This document shows, one piece after another, positions 26,601 to 40,239 of a stretch of 64,000 nt of DNA. The translations under genes and the position numbers were made by a program. The DNA is from Glycera tridactyla. Its lineage: Eukaryota. The stretch covers positions 89,962,001 to 90,026,000 of the forward strand of contig OZ286463.1 in assembly GCA_965644265.1 (NCBI GenBank). Reading direction: 5' to 3'. The notes under the pieces were generated by a model. That model did no database searches, had not been told where the DNA came from, and was given only the letters and a program-made list of their open reading frames with translations. How positions within the stretch are numbered: position 1 is the stretch's first letter; each line of letters begins with the position of its first letter.

Positions 26601-27262
26601 TTATGATGGCTCCTTCATTTGGAGAAGTCAAACATACCTCTGATGAGAAACCACCTTCTTTGAGACACATATCTTTGGTGACATTTGAGGCAGTCTCTTG
26701 GCTCTCTGAAGAGCAATTTCATCCTCATGTGCTTTTGAAAAAAAATGTGCCCAGCTGTGTTATGAGACATAATTTGCTGGATTTGATAGATATATATACC
26801 TTCTTGATTAAGTATGCATTCTTACAACTGAGGACATCCTGCCAGCACTGGTGGTGATCCACTGAACACCCTTAATTAGTCCTCAACGCTTTAATGGAGG
26901 CTGTATATAGTCCAACAAGGTAGCTGCTTGCTTTTTATGGTAATTGATAACATCTCACAATCCAAGATTTGTACATGTCCCTTGAGTGGGTGCTCAAGAC
27001 AGGCCTGACAGTATGAGAGACATTTTTCCAGTGAAAGATCTGTGATGGTTGAGAATAAATGTGGAAGCTGAAGGTTAACATGATTGTAGGTTTTGTCATG
27101 AAATGTCTACTAACTGATGTCTTATCACGCAAGCATCTATCTTGTCACCTGGCTTCTGTAACCTCATTCACAAATGACTTCTCACAGGATATGTTACATT
27201 GATAAGAGATTGGCTTTTCTGAAGTAAGGGTACTTGAATTGGTGTGAATGAGTGTGTGTTTA

Positions 27263-27294
<32 letters not shown>

Positions 27295-27322
27295 GGCACA
27301 TTCATATGCATGACTACATGTA

Positions 27323-27499
27323 CAGTGGAACCTGCGGCGAGAGACCCACTGACAAGAGACCACCTCCAACAGAAGACGGCTTTCCCAGGGCAGCTTTCTT
27401 ATTTGACTATGTTAAATATACCTCTGGCGAGAGACCACCTCTTTTCGGAGACCACTTCTAGGTGACATTTAGGGCGTTCTCTCACTGCAGGTTTCACTG
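27323..27499. mobile_element. MITE family A, 177 bp
   Basis: TA|CAGTGGAACCTGCGGCGAGAGACC...GCAGGTTTCACTG|TA. Confidence 0.88.
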
Positions 27500-28149
27500 T
27501 ACACATCCAGTACCGTCTTTATTGACCATATTGACCAATCCAAGGATCTCAATGAATTTGGAGATTTCCTGCCTCACAAAATATCGCAAATTCCTCATCA
27601 TTCACAGATACTTCCATACATTTGAAAGCCTATCTGTCAACATCCTTTAGTTAGACATGAGGCAGTCAAACATACTCTTGAAGGACATGCATGTACATGT
27701 AAATAGTTTGAAGGGGACCACCCCCTTTCTTCCAAGGTCATATGTATCATTTCTCGTGGACGAAACCCAGCCAAGGATGTGAGTAACTGTACCGCATCTT
27801 TATTTGTTTATCATGTTAACAATGATGAAGCCCCCCCCCCCCCCCCCTCCATCCCCACTCCTCCATTCAACCTTGTTGTTATGTGCCCAGTCTCACGTAC
27901 TGATTATATCAACTTCTACAGACCATGCTGTCTCTGTTTACGGGAGCAATATATTTGGTCAGATCTGGCAATATATGCAGTCAACATTTGTGGACTATCC
28001 ACTGGGATGAAGGTGAGACATTTAATCATTTGGTGGGTCATAAAGGGTTAAAATAGTTGCAGTGGTGCAAATGTGACATATGTCTGCAGGCTCATTTAGC
28101 GGAGGTATATCTACCTGGTCTTCACGAGTCATGATGACTGGCCATAGGC

Positions 28150-28400
28150 CTAAACTAACCTACAAGAGTTGATGCCTGGGCAACCTATCCAACACCGTCA
28201 TTCTGTGGAGTGAAGGAATGGCTAAGACATCAGTGTTTCTATCCATCTGGCCAGAGTCTGACTTCTAGATTAGGTTTGCTATACTATCATCTACTCAATC
28301 AATGGACGGCTGCTGACCAGACAGCATGGCTGCCAAGAAGTAGGTCATCCATTCTAACTACATCTTCGTTGACATAAGTGGCCCAATCGACCACTATTGC
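28150..28400 (-). mobile_element. Possible decayed reverse transcriptase remnant (DIRS-like)
   Basis: Minus frames give VRMDDLLLGS (YxDD-like) followed by N..KS after a frameshift; weak. Confidence 0.17.
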
Positions 28401-29756
28401 CATGTGATTCTAGTGCACACATTCCAACATTACCCTAGATTTTATGGAATTCCATTGCTGACCTGTTGTTTTCAAATCTATATGCAGCAGATTGGGATGG
28501 AAGTCATAGGAGGTTTTGTATACATCTCTGATAAGATCTGGATTCAATTCCCATTGGTGTTTAATTCAGTGTGCCAAATCTCAGTCTAAATCCAATATTA
28601 ATGGTGATATCTCTATAACAATGATTCCAAATCCAGTAGAAGTGCAAATTTCTAGTGAGAGTGATTCACTTGCAATATGGCTCATGGATTGCAGAAATTT
28701 CAATAGACTGCTATTACACCTTTCAAACTTTCATGAATTGATGAATTGATTGGGAAAAACTTGAAATATATCTTCAATCACAGCAGGATCACATGAGACT
28801 GGAGATATGTTCTCAAATCTAATGTTTGGGCAATACTTCTGACTGAAAAAATATGCATGTATATTACTGACCTATCACTTTGATGGATTTTTCTCTTTTT
28901 TAGTCTGTTTCTCTCATTAAGAGAAATACTGTTGGCTGGAAAAAGAACACTTCTACTGGGAAACTTTCTGTACTCTTTCAGTGTCCAATCCAGACCTGAC
29001 AGGACTCCCCTTGCTTATGAATGGAGGGGCACATTCTGCCCCCTCAGAAAGCCCTATTGATGTATGATTGATGTATGAATGACATTGTCTGTTCTGTATC
29101 GTTCCAAGAACACCCCTTTTTTCCTGAAGACGCTCCCTTATTTAGAGAGGAGGGCATTCACCCCACCCCCCTCCAAGTAAATTTCTAGATTGGAAACTGA
29201 TTCTTTACAATATTACAGTTTTTGCAAAATTACAGGTTGGACCCTTTACATGCATGCAGCATGAACACACACACACAACCTGCCTATGATGAATCCATAG
29301 ACAGCTGATTAGGGGAGAGATTGTGAAGATCACCTGAGAAAGATACTCCTACGGTTTGGATTTCACAGACTTTATCCTGTTTGAACTCATTTCATTTCCA
29401 GTATCTATGGTGCTTGTGTTGGCACCATGTGAATCATGTGCTTGGCAAGCAAACACTAGAAGTTTGACCATGACCTCCTCAGCTGATTCAAGGTCAGCCC
29501 TGTCATTACTGATGAGCAACTCATCTCCAGTTGAAAGGGAAGAATATTATCTGCTTTATTGATGTTTCTCCTCTTCACACTGACGCTGGATGTCAGAACA
29601 AAGTGTCTGGCATGTGCAATGTAAACAAATGTAACAGGATGTTTACGTTGCATGCCCGCTGGCTGGCGCTGTGTTCTGTCTGTGTTCTGGGATCATGCAA
29701 TCTACACTATGGGGGTTACTGGTATGATTGAACCAATTTCAGGTCAAATATAGATA

Positions 29757-29934
29757 CAGTCAAACCTCTCAATAAAGACCGCCTTCGTTCGCACCAAAAA
29801 GTGGTCTTTAGAGGGAGGTGGTCTTTATTGGGAGGTCATTTACTGTTGAAAATACTACCATGGTCGCAGCTCAGGGTGGTCTTTATAGGGAGGTGGTCTT
29901 TATAGAGAGGTGGTCTTTAGAGGAGGTTCGACTG
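29757..29934. mobile_element. MITE family B (AAAGACC motif), 178 bp
   Basis: TA|CAGTCAAACCTCTCAATAAAGACC...GGTCTTTAGAGGAGGTTCGACTG|TA; GGTCTTTA 2+3. Confidence 0.9.
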
Positions 29935-30849
29935 TATATAGTAAAGTGATGTCATAGAACAATAGGGATTTCTGTAGGCAGTCAGGGCACATCAATGCAG
30001 TTCCTATGAGCCATTTCATCTTTTTATGTGCCCCAAACATGAAATCTTATCAAAGTACTCAAATTGCAGGTGCCTTTCCAGTTCCTCATTCATGCTATAT
30101 GTGTCCTTTTCAAACTGTTATGTTTGCCTGGCCTCAATGAATGTTGGTTAAAATAAAAATCCAGTACATTTCATGATACTCCTTTTGAATGTACAGACTT
30201 ATTGGTAGAATCCATCCCATTTAAATGTGAATCTCCGGTATGGCACCAACTGCCTAGCATGCATAGGAGCTTACTGTACTGCCACAAATATAGCTGTTGG
30301 ATAACCCATTCACGAGCACAGTCCAGTCCACTCCCCTTAACAGACGCCCATAGATACATAGGATGTAGGAGAGTCCCACATTGCTCATAATCAAGCTTAT
30401 CAGTGGAATTTGTACTGTTAGAATGAAAGGATATTTTGAATTTAGGAATGAGCTGATCTCCTGTTGGATCCCCAGCGTGGAATATTGGATCATGCCAGGT
30501 AGATCTGCTGATGAAATGCAGGGCGTTTTGATTCTTGAAAAGACTATATTGATAGGTAGGATGCTGGCAGCTATTTCAAATTACTCTATCTTGTGTCAGC
30601 GGAACTGTCACATATGCAAAACAGCAGATCTTTTTACATGATTATTATTATGTCAGCATTGTCAATCATGTGAAGATACTGCAACTTTCACCTTCAGATA
30701 TTCATACACTCACATAGTTATTTGTAGCTTCAGCTGATTCCATTCATGCCTCAATAATGTTGATGGTGTATTCCCCACTGCTATTTCTTTCGAAATGAAA
30801 GTCCCATGTCTGTGCAATTCGCCACAATGAAAATGAGATCCTCTACATA

Positions 30850-31025
30850 TAGTCAAACCTGTTCTAAGCAGCCACCCTCGGGAAGGCAAAAAGTGGCTGC
30901 TTAGGGCGGGTGGCCGCTTAGAGCAGGTAAATCATGGTAGAAATACCTCTGGCGGGAAATTCAAAAGCGGCTGCTTAGGGCAGGTGGCTGCTTAGAACAG
31001 TGGCTGCTTAGGACAGCTTAGACTG
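30850..31025. mobile_element. MITE family D (TAAGCAGCC motif), 176 bp
   Basis: TA|TAGTCAAACCTGTTCTAAGCAGCC...GGCTGCTTAGGACAGCTTAGACTG|TA; GGC(T/C)GCTTA 2+3. Confidence 0.88.
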
Positions 31026-34000
31026 TATCTTCTTATCAGAAGTGTTTTTTGAGGGGGAATAAAGCTTGAGTGTTCACGCATTTTGTTGTAGATGGAGTGT
31101 TCGATTTGTTATCAGTGACAGGGATCAGCTGTGTTGTGCCTGCTTCAGCGACTCTTCATGGAGTCAAATTAGGGGCGGCCAGATTGCTCATCCTCCTACA
31201 CAGTCATGCTGGCTGCGCCATAGTGGCAAGTCAAGAGGAAAATTGAATTTGGTCATAACTTGCCATTCAAGCTAGCGGAGAGTACCCTTGTTTGATCAAG
31301 CCAATATCCATTCTGTTGCATAAGCAGGAATTCACGTAATCCAAAGTAGGATTTAGATGAAGCTGATGTCCCTTGCTAGCAAGCATACAAAGAAAATGAT
31401 CACAATCAGACACATCAATTCAGTTATGATGGCACCAAAACTTTTCTTGGCATATATCTCATGTTCTGCGCAAATATGTAGGACTTAGGATGTAGGTGAA
31501 TCATGAAGTGATGAATCCTGGTAATTTGTCCTCCTACCATCATTTGTTATCGAAACAGTGGTAACTCGATGAGATCAATCATTTTGGATGCTACTACATA
31601 TTATTGGCCAGACCTATGAGCCATCATTCAACCTGAATCCCCATATTAGACGAAGATAAAGATCTCATGTAAGTGTGATTAGAGGCAGTGATGTTCACTC
31701 AGATTGAGATGCATTTCTTGAGAACTGCAAGGAGAGTACAATCAGTTACCAATCAGTGGCCTTCTATCATGATAATTAGAGATGACATGTTTCTGTGTGT
31801 GATGAATGCACCCAGTCTCAACTAGTAACCCTGTACTGCAATGAGAGAATTCCCAGCATTGAATACTGTACACTTCAGGAGGTTTCATAGAATATGTGAA
31901 AACCAACTTACGATTTTTGTTTTTTGTGTGATGCAAGATCACTGTCACTTGTGCTCGGAAATTCATATGTCACAGTATGAATTTCCATGTTATGAGCATG
32001 TGACCCAGTGGCCAAAATTGCCCTCACAAAGTATGTTCTAACTTCACAAATCCCTTGATCTCCATGAATTTTTTCCAAAAATGTTTGCTGAACTTTTAGA
32101 TAATGTTGGAAAGGTTCATTTCATGCTGCTGGTGCTCGATGAAATCAGAGAAATCTATTTTTCAGTAAGATATTGGGACTTGATTCTTACAAATATTGAG
32201 AAATCATGAAAATTTTGTGCATTTATAGGGTGAGAAATCCAACCTACAGAGATGAGATCAACTCGGTATTTGGTGCATTGGAGTTATCTTTCAGAAAATC
32301 AAAAAGAAATCATATTTATTTGATTTAACTATTTCTTATGTCCAGAGTCTGGAATTGGGGTCCTCAGGATTGAAGAGGAACTGGTGGAAACATCACTCAA
32401 AGGGACACTGAGGAAGAAACGGTGAAAAAACCAGGTCGGGGTTTCGGCCACTTCAATTTTCAGACCCCTGTAGAAGGGAGACCTGGCGGGCCAGTCAAGT
32501 CTGTTGGACTCAAGACCTGACCCCTGTCCGATCTAAACTTCACCATACACCAACAAAGCATGGATTAGTCAAGTTTTTGGTTAGATTTGAACATCATCAA
32601 TATCACAGCCAAAACTGTAACCCTTCTTGATACACAGCAAACACAGGGAAACAGGAGATACGTGTTAAATCACTCATCTTTTTGACTCCATATGTTCAGC
32701 ATCTAACTACTTCTTTTACAGATGAACCTGTGCCTTCCCACTAGTAAATCCATGTCATTCACCCCACTCCATCCACAGGCACCAAATCTGCATTCCTCTA
32801 GTGTTTATATCAATTGGTTATAATCAGTTAATCAATCAATATAATATCCAATTATTCAATAACTGATAGAGTTCTCATTCATAAAACTTGTTATGAGTAT
32901 AGAATATTGTGGTGTGGTTTGATGACTCTGTGAAGAAATCCATTTCCACTTAGCGTTGAACCAATGAGCCATCATGGGCTTGACTCTCCTTACTGGTGTC
33001 AACCGAGCCAGACAATAATGGCCATCAACTTTGCCACCAGTGTGTTACTCATGGGAGTCTGCTGATAACCCCCTCTCAATTGTTGTCCACTTTCTTAGTG
33101 CGGAATATGTCTCATTGGATACAAATGAATTTGTACAGAGCAGCTTCAGTGTTCCATTTAAAGATGTTATATCTTGCACTACAATTTAGGAATTGCTTGA
33201 TATTTGGACCTTTCTGGGATACTGCCGTGAATGGAAGAATATGGCATGAACTGGGGTTTCATATCTGTAGAGTGACCCTGAAGAATCACATGATCAAGGG
33301 GTATTTCACCGGTACAATAACCCAAATTGTGTGGTGGGGTTCGAATCCATGGATTGACGCACAATAGGATATGAACATTTCAACATGGCTGCTCAGATGG
33401 GAAGCCCTTCTTTTCGAAGTTTCACATCACTTTTCAAAATAATGAAAAATAACAATCTTTTGATTTTATCATTTTAGATAACAAGTTCTGTCTCTTCAGG
33501 GACTAACAGAGTGTAGCATCTTCCAATAGTGATGATGAAATAACTATTTCATAGCAATGATTGTTTAGCTGCCTCGCATAGGCTGTAGATTTGAGAGATC
33601 AATGTGGCTCTGTATTGGTGCTAGTAGTTAAGATGTACTGTTATCCACTCAGCCCCATTAAATAAAGCATGATACAATGTGCCGCCATTGTACTCTGGAG
33701 CCATTACAAGGAAATCAACTATGCACATGAATGAGAAAATAATTGAATGGTGTTCAGAAGCCACACTAGATCATGCTTGTAAAGTCTCCTGTGCGGATTC
33801 GTGGCTGATACTTCAAACACTATGATAGGGTTCTGTAACCAGCCAGATATTGTGTATGATCTCAAACAATTTTGTCCAGATTTCAGTATCTGTGCTCACT
33901 GCTATATACAGTTTAACCCAACTCTGTGAAGACCAGGCAGTCTAGCTTAGGGACGTCCCTAGGTTTCAGTGATCTGTCCTACAGGCATGCAGGATTTAAT

Positions 34001-34059
34001 CATGTATTGAAATCACAAACTGCATGATTATGGGCACATGCATTTATAAAAAAAAAGAA

Positions 34060-34150
34060 ATATGTTTACTTTAAAAATTATTTTTTTCTGGCAGGTAATC
34101 TTCATGTCTGTTCAGATTTCTATATGAAGGAAATAATGTCACATGTAGGT
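34060..34150 (+). promoter_or_regulatory. Fused 3'/5' splice site or 50-nt micro-exon
   Basis: tatttttttctggcAG|GTAATC at 34093-34100; second donor GTAGGT at 34145; one frame open (GNLHVCSDFYMKEIMSH). Confidence 0.35.
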
Positions 34151-34864
34151 GCTGTTAGTTGTTGAGAGTGTTATGTGTATCATTGCCGGGATAAGAACTC
34201 TTCTCTGTTCGGGTGAGGAAACCAGTCATTACAAGCAGGTAGCCTTCATGGGGAGGTGACCAAGGAAGCAGGATTGCATGCGAAGATGCTGTGGGTATAG
34301 CATGATGCTGCTCTATGCTAAACATTACAGACAGTTTGAATAGATGGTCTTTATAGATCTACCCCCTCAGGCACCAAAGATTCCAGCATATTTCAATATT
34401 TTCGACTATATGATTATAGACACATGCATTCATACAAAAGAAACTACATAAATTAGAAATTATTTCACTGAGATAAGTACTTTTGTTTCCATTCAAATTT
34501 CAAGATGGGAAAGATGTCACACTTGGATTCCATCTCATATTAACATGTATTATTGCTGGCATCAGAACCTTTCTGTTCTGGTGAAAAAGCTGCTTTCAGG
34601 GAAGGCTCACCTTTATGTATTATGGGTAGGTGGCCGGACATAAGAGGACATTTGACTTCATCTGCATACCAAAATACTGTGGGAAAGAAGGCGATTATCA
34701 ATATATTACGTGCTTCAAGTCATGATTGACAGACTAAGAATGACACATGAATCCCCAAGTAAATTTTTCCTTGCAAACAGTGACTTTCTTGATCTCCGGC
34801 AGGCCACACATCATTCTGGCACATGCTTGATTAACAAATGATCATTGTTATTTGTTTCCTGATA

Positions 34865-35040
34865 CAGTAAAACCTGTCTTGGGGGACCGCCCCAAACGCC
34901 AATGAAAAGTGGTCTCAAGACAGGTGGTCTCTCATTGGAGGTATATTTGACTATGTCAAGTAGAGAAGAGCCAATAAGGAGTGGTCTTCCATTAGAGGGT
35001 GGTCTCCCAAAAGAGGGGTCTCCCAAGACAGGTTTCACTG
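34865..35040. mobile_element. MITE family A1, 176 bp
   Basis: TA|CAGTAAAACCTGTCTTGGGGGACC...GGTCTCCCAAGACAGGTTTCACTG|TA. Confidence 0.92.
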
Positions 35041-37605
35041 TATTGGATGATAGAACCATTCGAGGGACTGACTGCTGTGAGAGACTTTGCCTCCTGCCAT
35101 CATCATCATTGATTCTTATTTCTGATTATTTCTCAGAGTTCCGAAAATTGGATGAAAAATAAAAATTGAGAAGTTTCTGCAATCTGGCAGGAAGTTTCAG
35201 GACCTATTCTCATGAGGAAAAGTCATTACTATGGGCAGGCTCCTGTATGAAGGCAAACTATCCAGGTCCTATTCCAAGAATGGGGGGGGGGGGGCACTGG
35301 TCCTATCACCTGTGTGATATGATCATGGAGCTCTGATCCTGTAAAAAGGTGGAGGTTTAATCAATGAAAATCTATGGCAACAAGTCATGCTAATGTTCAA
35401 TCAGAACAAAGTGTGTGCGTGCATGTGTGTGTGCATTTCTACAGTTCTATGGGAAGAGCAATCTTTTCATAGAACAATAGCTTCTTGCTGAAGATCTCAC
35501 TCGATCTAAGCAAACTTCATCAGCCTAATCTGTCATACAATTTATTGGCAGGTAGGAATGCAGGTAGCTTACATTTATGCTACATTCTGTATAATCCTCA
35601 TCACTGTAATGATGACCCATGTTTCAAATTATATGGCTTTTTCCTCAAGATAAAGCTCATATCTTCCATAAATACTCATGCTCAGAGTTACTTCAAACAG
35701 TTGACTTACACCAGAGAAAATGTGGAGGGAATCCACCATGACTTAGCCATCTATACTGTCACACTGATCACCATGATATGTGAGCAGAACAACATGCGTA
35801 TGTGATACAAGAGCTTGTCTCGCATACGCCTGTCATTCTGTTTCTATCTCATGAGACAACCATATAAGCAAGAGATATGTGTTTAATCAGTGAAATTGTG
35901 CAATTTTGAAGTTTGAAAACATCTCAATCTATGCATGCTGGTGTTGTTCACTGGTTGTTTACATCGATGTTTTGATGCCACTGTCGGTGCTCTAGCCTCA
36001 CTCCCACATCGATCACGCATGCGCAGATAGCTAAGATAGGATCTTAATCCGTATCACCCTACCCTGTGATACAGATGCCTTTATCAGAGAATGGTAATAT
36101 GGACACTTTTTCTGCAGTTATCACACTCAATAGACAATAGTTTTTGCATAACTGGTCACGATATTTGGGAGAAATTTCAGTATATCGCTGAACCTGTGTA
36201 CAGCAACTACACTTAGTCACTTCAGATAGGGGTCTTTGTGAATGGGTGGCGTTTTCAGAGAGCTTGTTTCCTGTGTGAAATACTTTCATGGTCATAGCTC
36301 AGGGTGGCCTTTGTAGGCAGGTGTCTTGTGTATGGAGGTGGTCTCTGGAGATATGAAGCACCCCACAAATGATGCTCAGTGTCTGCTGCTAAACTGGGCT
36401 GATCGATTGATCCCAGTTGTGTCCCAAATCCCAACTGAGAGCATGGCTTCTGCTGCTTAATCCAGGGCAGTGATCCATTATTCAGATCAGAATATTCATC
36501 ATATTCAGAGGATGAGTCTCTAGCATTATCAATGATATCCGTTTGTAACCCTCTTATCATCTGTATGATATACTGTACCATTGTATGAATATGAGTACTT
36601 GATTTAGTTACATGTATTGTTCCTAATTAGACTACATATAGTACATTCATAAATAAATCAATACAATGAAGAAACTGAAAGCTCATCATTTCAGTCGTTT
36701 AGTGCCTAGTATGAATGTCAAAATGTTAAACACTGGTGGGGATGTGTTTAGGAATCATCCAATTTCTTGTGGAGGAGCAAGCTGTCTTACATGCTGAGCC
36801 ATGTGGACCACTTCTTGATAAGTGGCTACACACCCCTACCAGGAGCATGCTGCACTTCCCACACAGTTTGCTTTAGTATTATTTCTGCCTGTAGCTAGAC
36901 ATCCATTGTGAAAAAGCAATTTGCCAGGTATGGATAGCACGCCAACCAGTTATAAATTATGTAAATGAACAATTATTATGCATGCATGTGCATACAAACA
37001 TCTGNNNNNNNNNNNNNNNNNNNNNNNNNNNNNNNNNNNNNNNNNNNNNNNNNNNNNNNNNNNNNNNNNNNNNNNNNNNNNNNNNNNNNNNNNNNNNNNN
37101 NNNNNNNNNNNNNNNNNNNNNNNNNNNNNNNNNNNNNNNNNNNNNNNNNNNNNNNNNNNNNNNNNNNNNNNNNNNNNNNNNNNNNNNNNNNNNNNNNNNN
37201 NNNNNNNNNNNNNNNNNNNNNNNNNNNNNNNNNNNNNNNNNNNNNNNNNNNNNNNNNNNNNNNNNNNNNNNNNNNNNNNNCTCTGCCACAAGTATGCTTG
37301 AATTTGGGATTATGGTAACTTTTAATTTGTCCAGAGTACTGTTAGGATGGATTGGTTTGTTGCTGGTGTGTGTTGATCATCTGCTTGACTCTGCATACAT
37401 CTTGGCCTGGTATACTCTCAGCTGAGGCAGACATCCGTAGGGAAATCTGGCTATATTCATATGGACTGTAACAAAAATATGGCCAGAGCAGATGGTGTGT
37501 AAGTATGGAAGAGAGAAAAAAAGGCGATGCTCATGAGGCAGAAGGCTTGATGATGAGATTGCATGCACATGATTAATATAATGCGCAAATATATGTATGC
37601 CAGTG

Positions 37606-37688
37606 CAGTGAAACCTGTGTTGAGAGACCACCAAGTGGTCTCTTGTTAGAGGTATACTTGACTATGTGAAATGAAGAAGCTGCCCTGG
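37606..37688. mobile_element. MITE family A, partial, runs into an N-run
   Basis: CAGTGAAACCTGTGTTGAGAGACC...TGACTATGTGAAAT core, then N. Confidence 0.7.
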
Positions 37689-38122
37689 NNNNNNNNNNNN
37701 NNNNNNNNNNNNNNNNNNNNNNNNNNNNNNNNNNNNNNNNNNNNNNNNNNNNNNNNNNNNNNNNNNNNNNNNNNNNNNNNNNNNNNNNNNNNNNNNNNNN
37801 NNNNNNNNNNNNNNNNNNNNNNNNNNNNNNNNNNNNNNNNNNNNNNNNNNNNNNNNNNNNNNNNNNNNNNAACTGGAAGGTTGATGGTTCAAATCCCATA
37901 CAAGCCAAAAAATAAATTGGGTGTTTGGAACACATTTCATGGACTTGTTGCCAGTACAATCTGGAAATATGTCTCTGACANNNNNNNNNNNNNNNNNNNN
38001 NNNNNNNNNNNNNNNNNNNNNNNNNNNNNNNNNNNNNNNNNNNNNNNNNNNNNNNNNNNNNNNNNNNNNNNNNNNNNNNNNNNNNNNNNNNNNNNNNNNN
38101 NNNNNNNNNNNNNNNNNNNNNN
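37689..38122 (+). mobile_element. Partly N-obscured interspersed repeat, copy 2 (possible tRNA-derived SINE)
   Basis: Visible island has B-box-like GGTTCAAATCCC (37886-37897) upstream of the 64-nt segment shared with 12158-12221. Confidence 0.5.
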
Positions 38123-38700
38123 CTGGGTCAGCAGTTCATTGCTCAAGGACCCCTCACCTGGGTCATAGTTGGGGTGTATTGTACACATGAGTGCAGCAGG
38201 TTGTGTGTGAGTGTAAGTCAACTGGACATTACCCTATCATTAGCTCATTGTCCCACCTGTCGGTCATCCTGCACACAATACCAGTCATCCCGCACACAAT
38301 ACCGCACACAATACCGATCTGTCTATTTCAATCACAATGATCCACTTAGCAGGAGATTTATGGACAATTGCTGTCATAGATTATCTGCACCATTGCACAT
38401 AACCAATCTCAGCGATGCTGGACTTTACCCCATCTTTCTCCATATGCTACTTGCAATGATTACATTGCTCTATTAAACAATAGCTATTGGTGACTGTGTT
38501 AGCAATTTTAGTGGTGTTTACAGAATGGGTCTCTTTCATGATGAGATATTGAGAATGGTATCATTCCAGTCCTAGGATTTGGGCTTGTAATTTCGACTGA
38601 GAAAGCATGACACATTTGTTCATGATATTGTTAGTACATTTCAGTGCGAGCGCATATGTGAGCAATTACCTGTAATGAGTAAAGATTTTCACATGATTGC

Positions 38701-39752
38701 TTTTTGGCACGCATGCGGAGCAAAATGCGTGTCTTTGTAATGGCGCAGATTCCGTCTGTCCGGCCGTCCGGCCGTTTGGCCGTTTGGCCGTGTGGCGTAA
38801 ACTTCCTGGTTAAAGTTTTTGGTTAAAGTTTTTCTTTGAGCTACTACTCTGTAACTAATCAAGCAATATTTCTGAAATTTTGCAATCATAAAGATCATGA
38901 GCGGCAGAATACTGGGTATCAATATTGTTCCAATGACTTTCATGGAAGATGAGATATTTAGGCTGGAATCCTGAATTTTGAAGCAACTTTCTACCAGCAG
39001 AATAGGAAAGAGTGGACTATATGATGTCTATTACCGAGGCTGTTATGTAATGACACTGCCGGTCCTCTGAATGGAGCCTTGTCACATTTCGTCCTTGGTT
39101 ATATAACTGTCTTTGCACCAAGTGGAGTCTTTTCAGATATCAGCAGAGCTGTCTGATCTCTTGATTAAACTGTGGTGGGCAGGGCAGGGGGTGGGGGCAG
39201 CAGCGAGTGGCCATGGGATGGGGTGGGGGGGGGGGGGGCGGTGGCAGTTGTAGCAGGATTGATTGCACCTGGGTTGGGGGGGGGGGGGGCTAGGACAGTG
39301 AGAGGGGCAATGGCAGGGGCGGAAGGAGCCTATCAAATGCCTGTGACTTTGACCTTCATTTTCAAGGTCATGACCTTGACTTTGAAAACTTCAAGCTACA
39401 TCCATCAAATTTTGCCAGATATGCACCAATGAATGGGGAACAATCCCATCGAATTTGGTTGACCTCGACTCCCACCTTCAAGGTCATGACCTTGACATTC
39501 AAAATATTTTGTTACTCCAATAACATGAGAACGCTTGGAGCTACATTCACCAGATTTACACCATATATGCACAATTGAAAGCAAAAGAAGCCCATAAAAT
39601 GGTGAGTGACCTTGATCTCCATCTCCCAGGTCATGACCTTGTTACTGCAATTACTTGAGAATGCTTGGAGCAAAAGATTATGCTTGCTAGATTCAGCTGC
39701 TTGGATGAATTAGCGGCGCACATGCATGCCATTTGTGCATTTATGCCTTGTT
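38701..39752 (+). mobile_element. Helentron-associated non-autonomous element (HINE, DINE-1/pearl-like)
   Basis: 5' T-run, subterminal GGCACGCATGC (38706) with inverted partner ACATGCATGCC (39720-39730; 9/11), CCGT-like microsatellite, core repeats with TTCAAGGTCATGACCTTGA, 3' hairpin GCATTTATGC and TT end. Confidence 0.7.
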
Positions 39753-40239
39753 ATCATTCACTACAGTAATGACAATCACTGAGCGACTGTTAAGAGGTGA
39801 AATTTAGCAAATGTTCAGCAATTGCTCACTGCACCTACAATCCACCCTGAATGTACTTCATGATACAGATGAGGAGAACATTCTTAACACTCCATTCCAT
39901 ATGCAGGTCACATAAGATGATCTCAGGTATATTCTGCTTCTCATATTGGCTATGTTAATGTAGTGACTCGGTGCCACGAATATCTCAAATTTCCACACCA
40001 CTGAAATACATAATCTAGATTGTGAAAAATGTTGATTGTGCCTTTGATATGTATGAAATGAGATATTTCAGCCAAAACAAGGAAACAATTTCGAATAAAA
40101 GTAGTTTTGCAAAACAAGTATTCTTGGGACCATGTTGTATTTGTTGATAAACTGCTGGAAAATATGCAGTTTGTGTGTGAAATTAACAGCATATTGACTA
40201 TGCTGGTAAGTGAGATGTGTGTCCATTTTGTGCCACTAT

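Noticed and set aside
33338-33348. Perfect B-box GGTTCGAATCC suggesting a tRNA gene
   Set aside because: No cloverleaf or properly spaced A-box; a similar decayed head at ~40645-40675 is also not a tRNA.
7468-34144. Peptide similarity (MK....H end) between the 7468 and 34095 cassettes
   Set aside because: It needs an assumed frameshift and covers only three residues.
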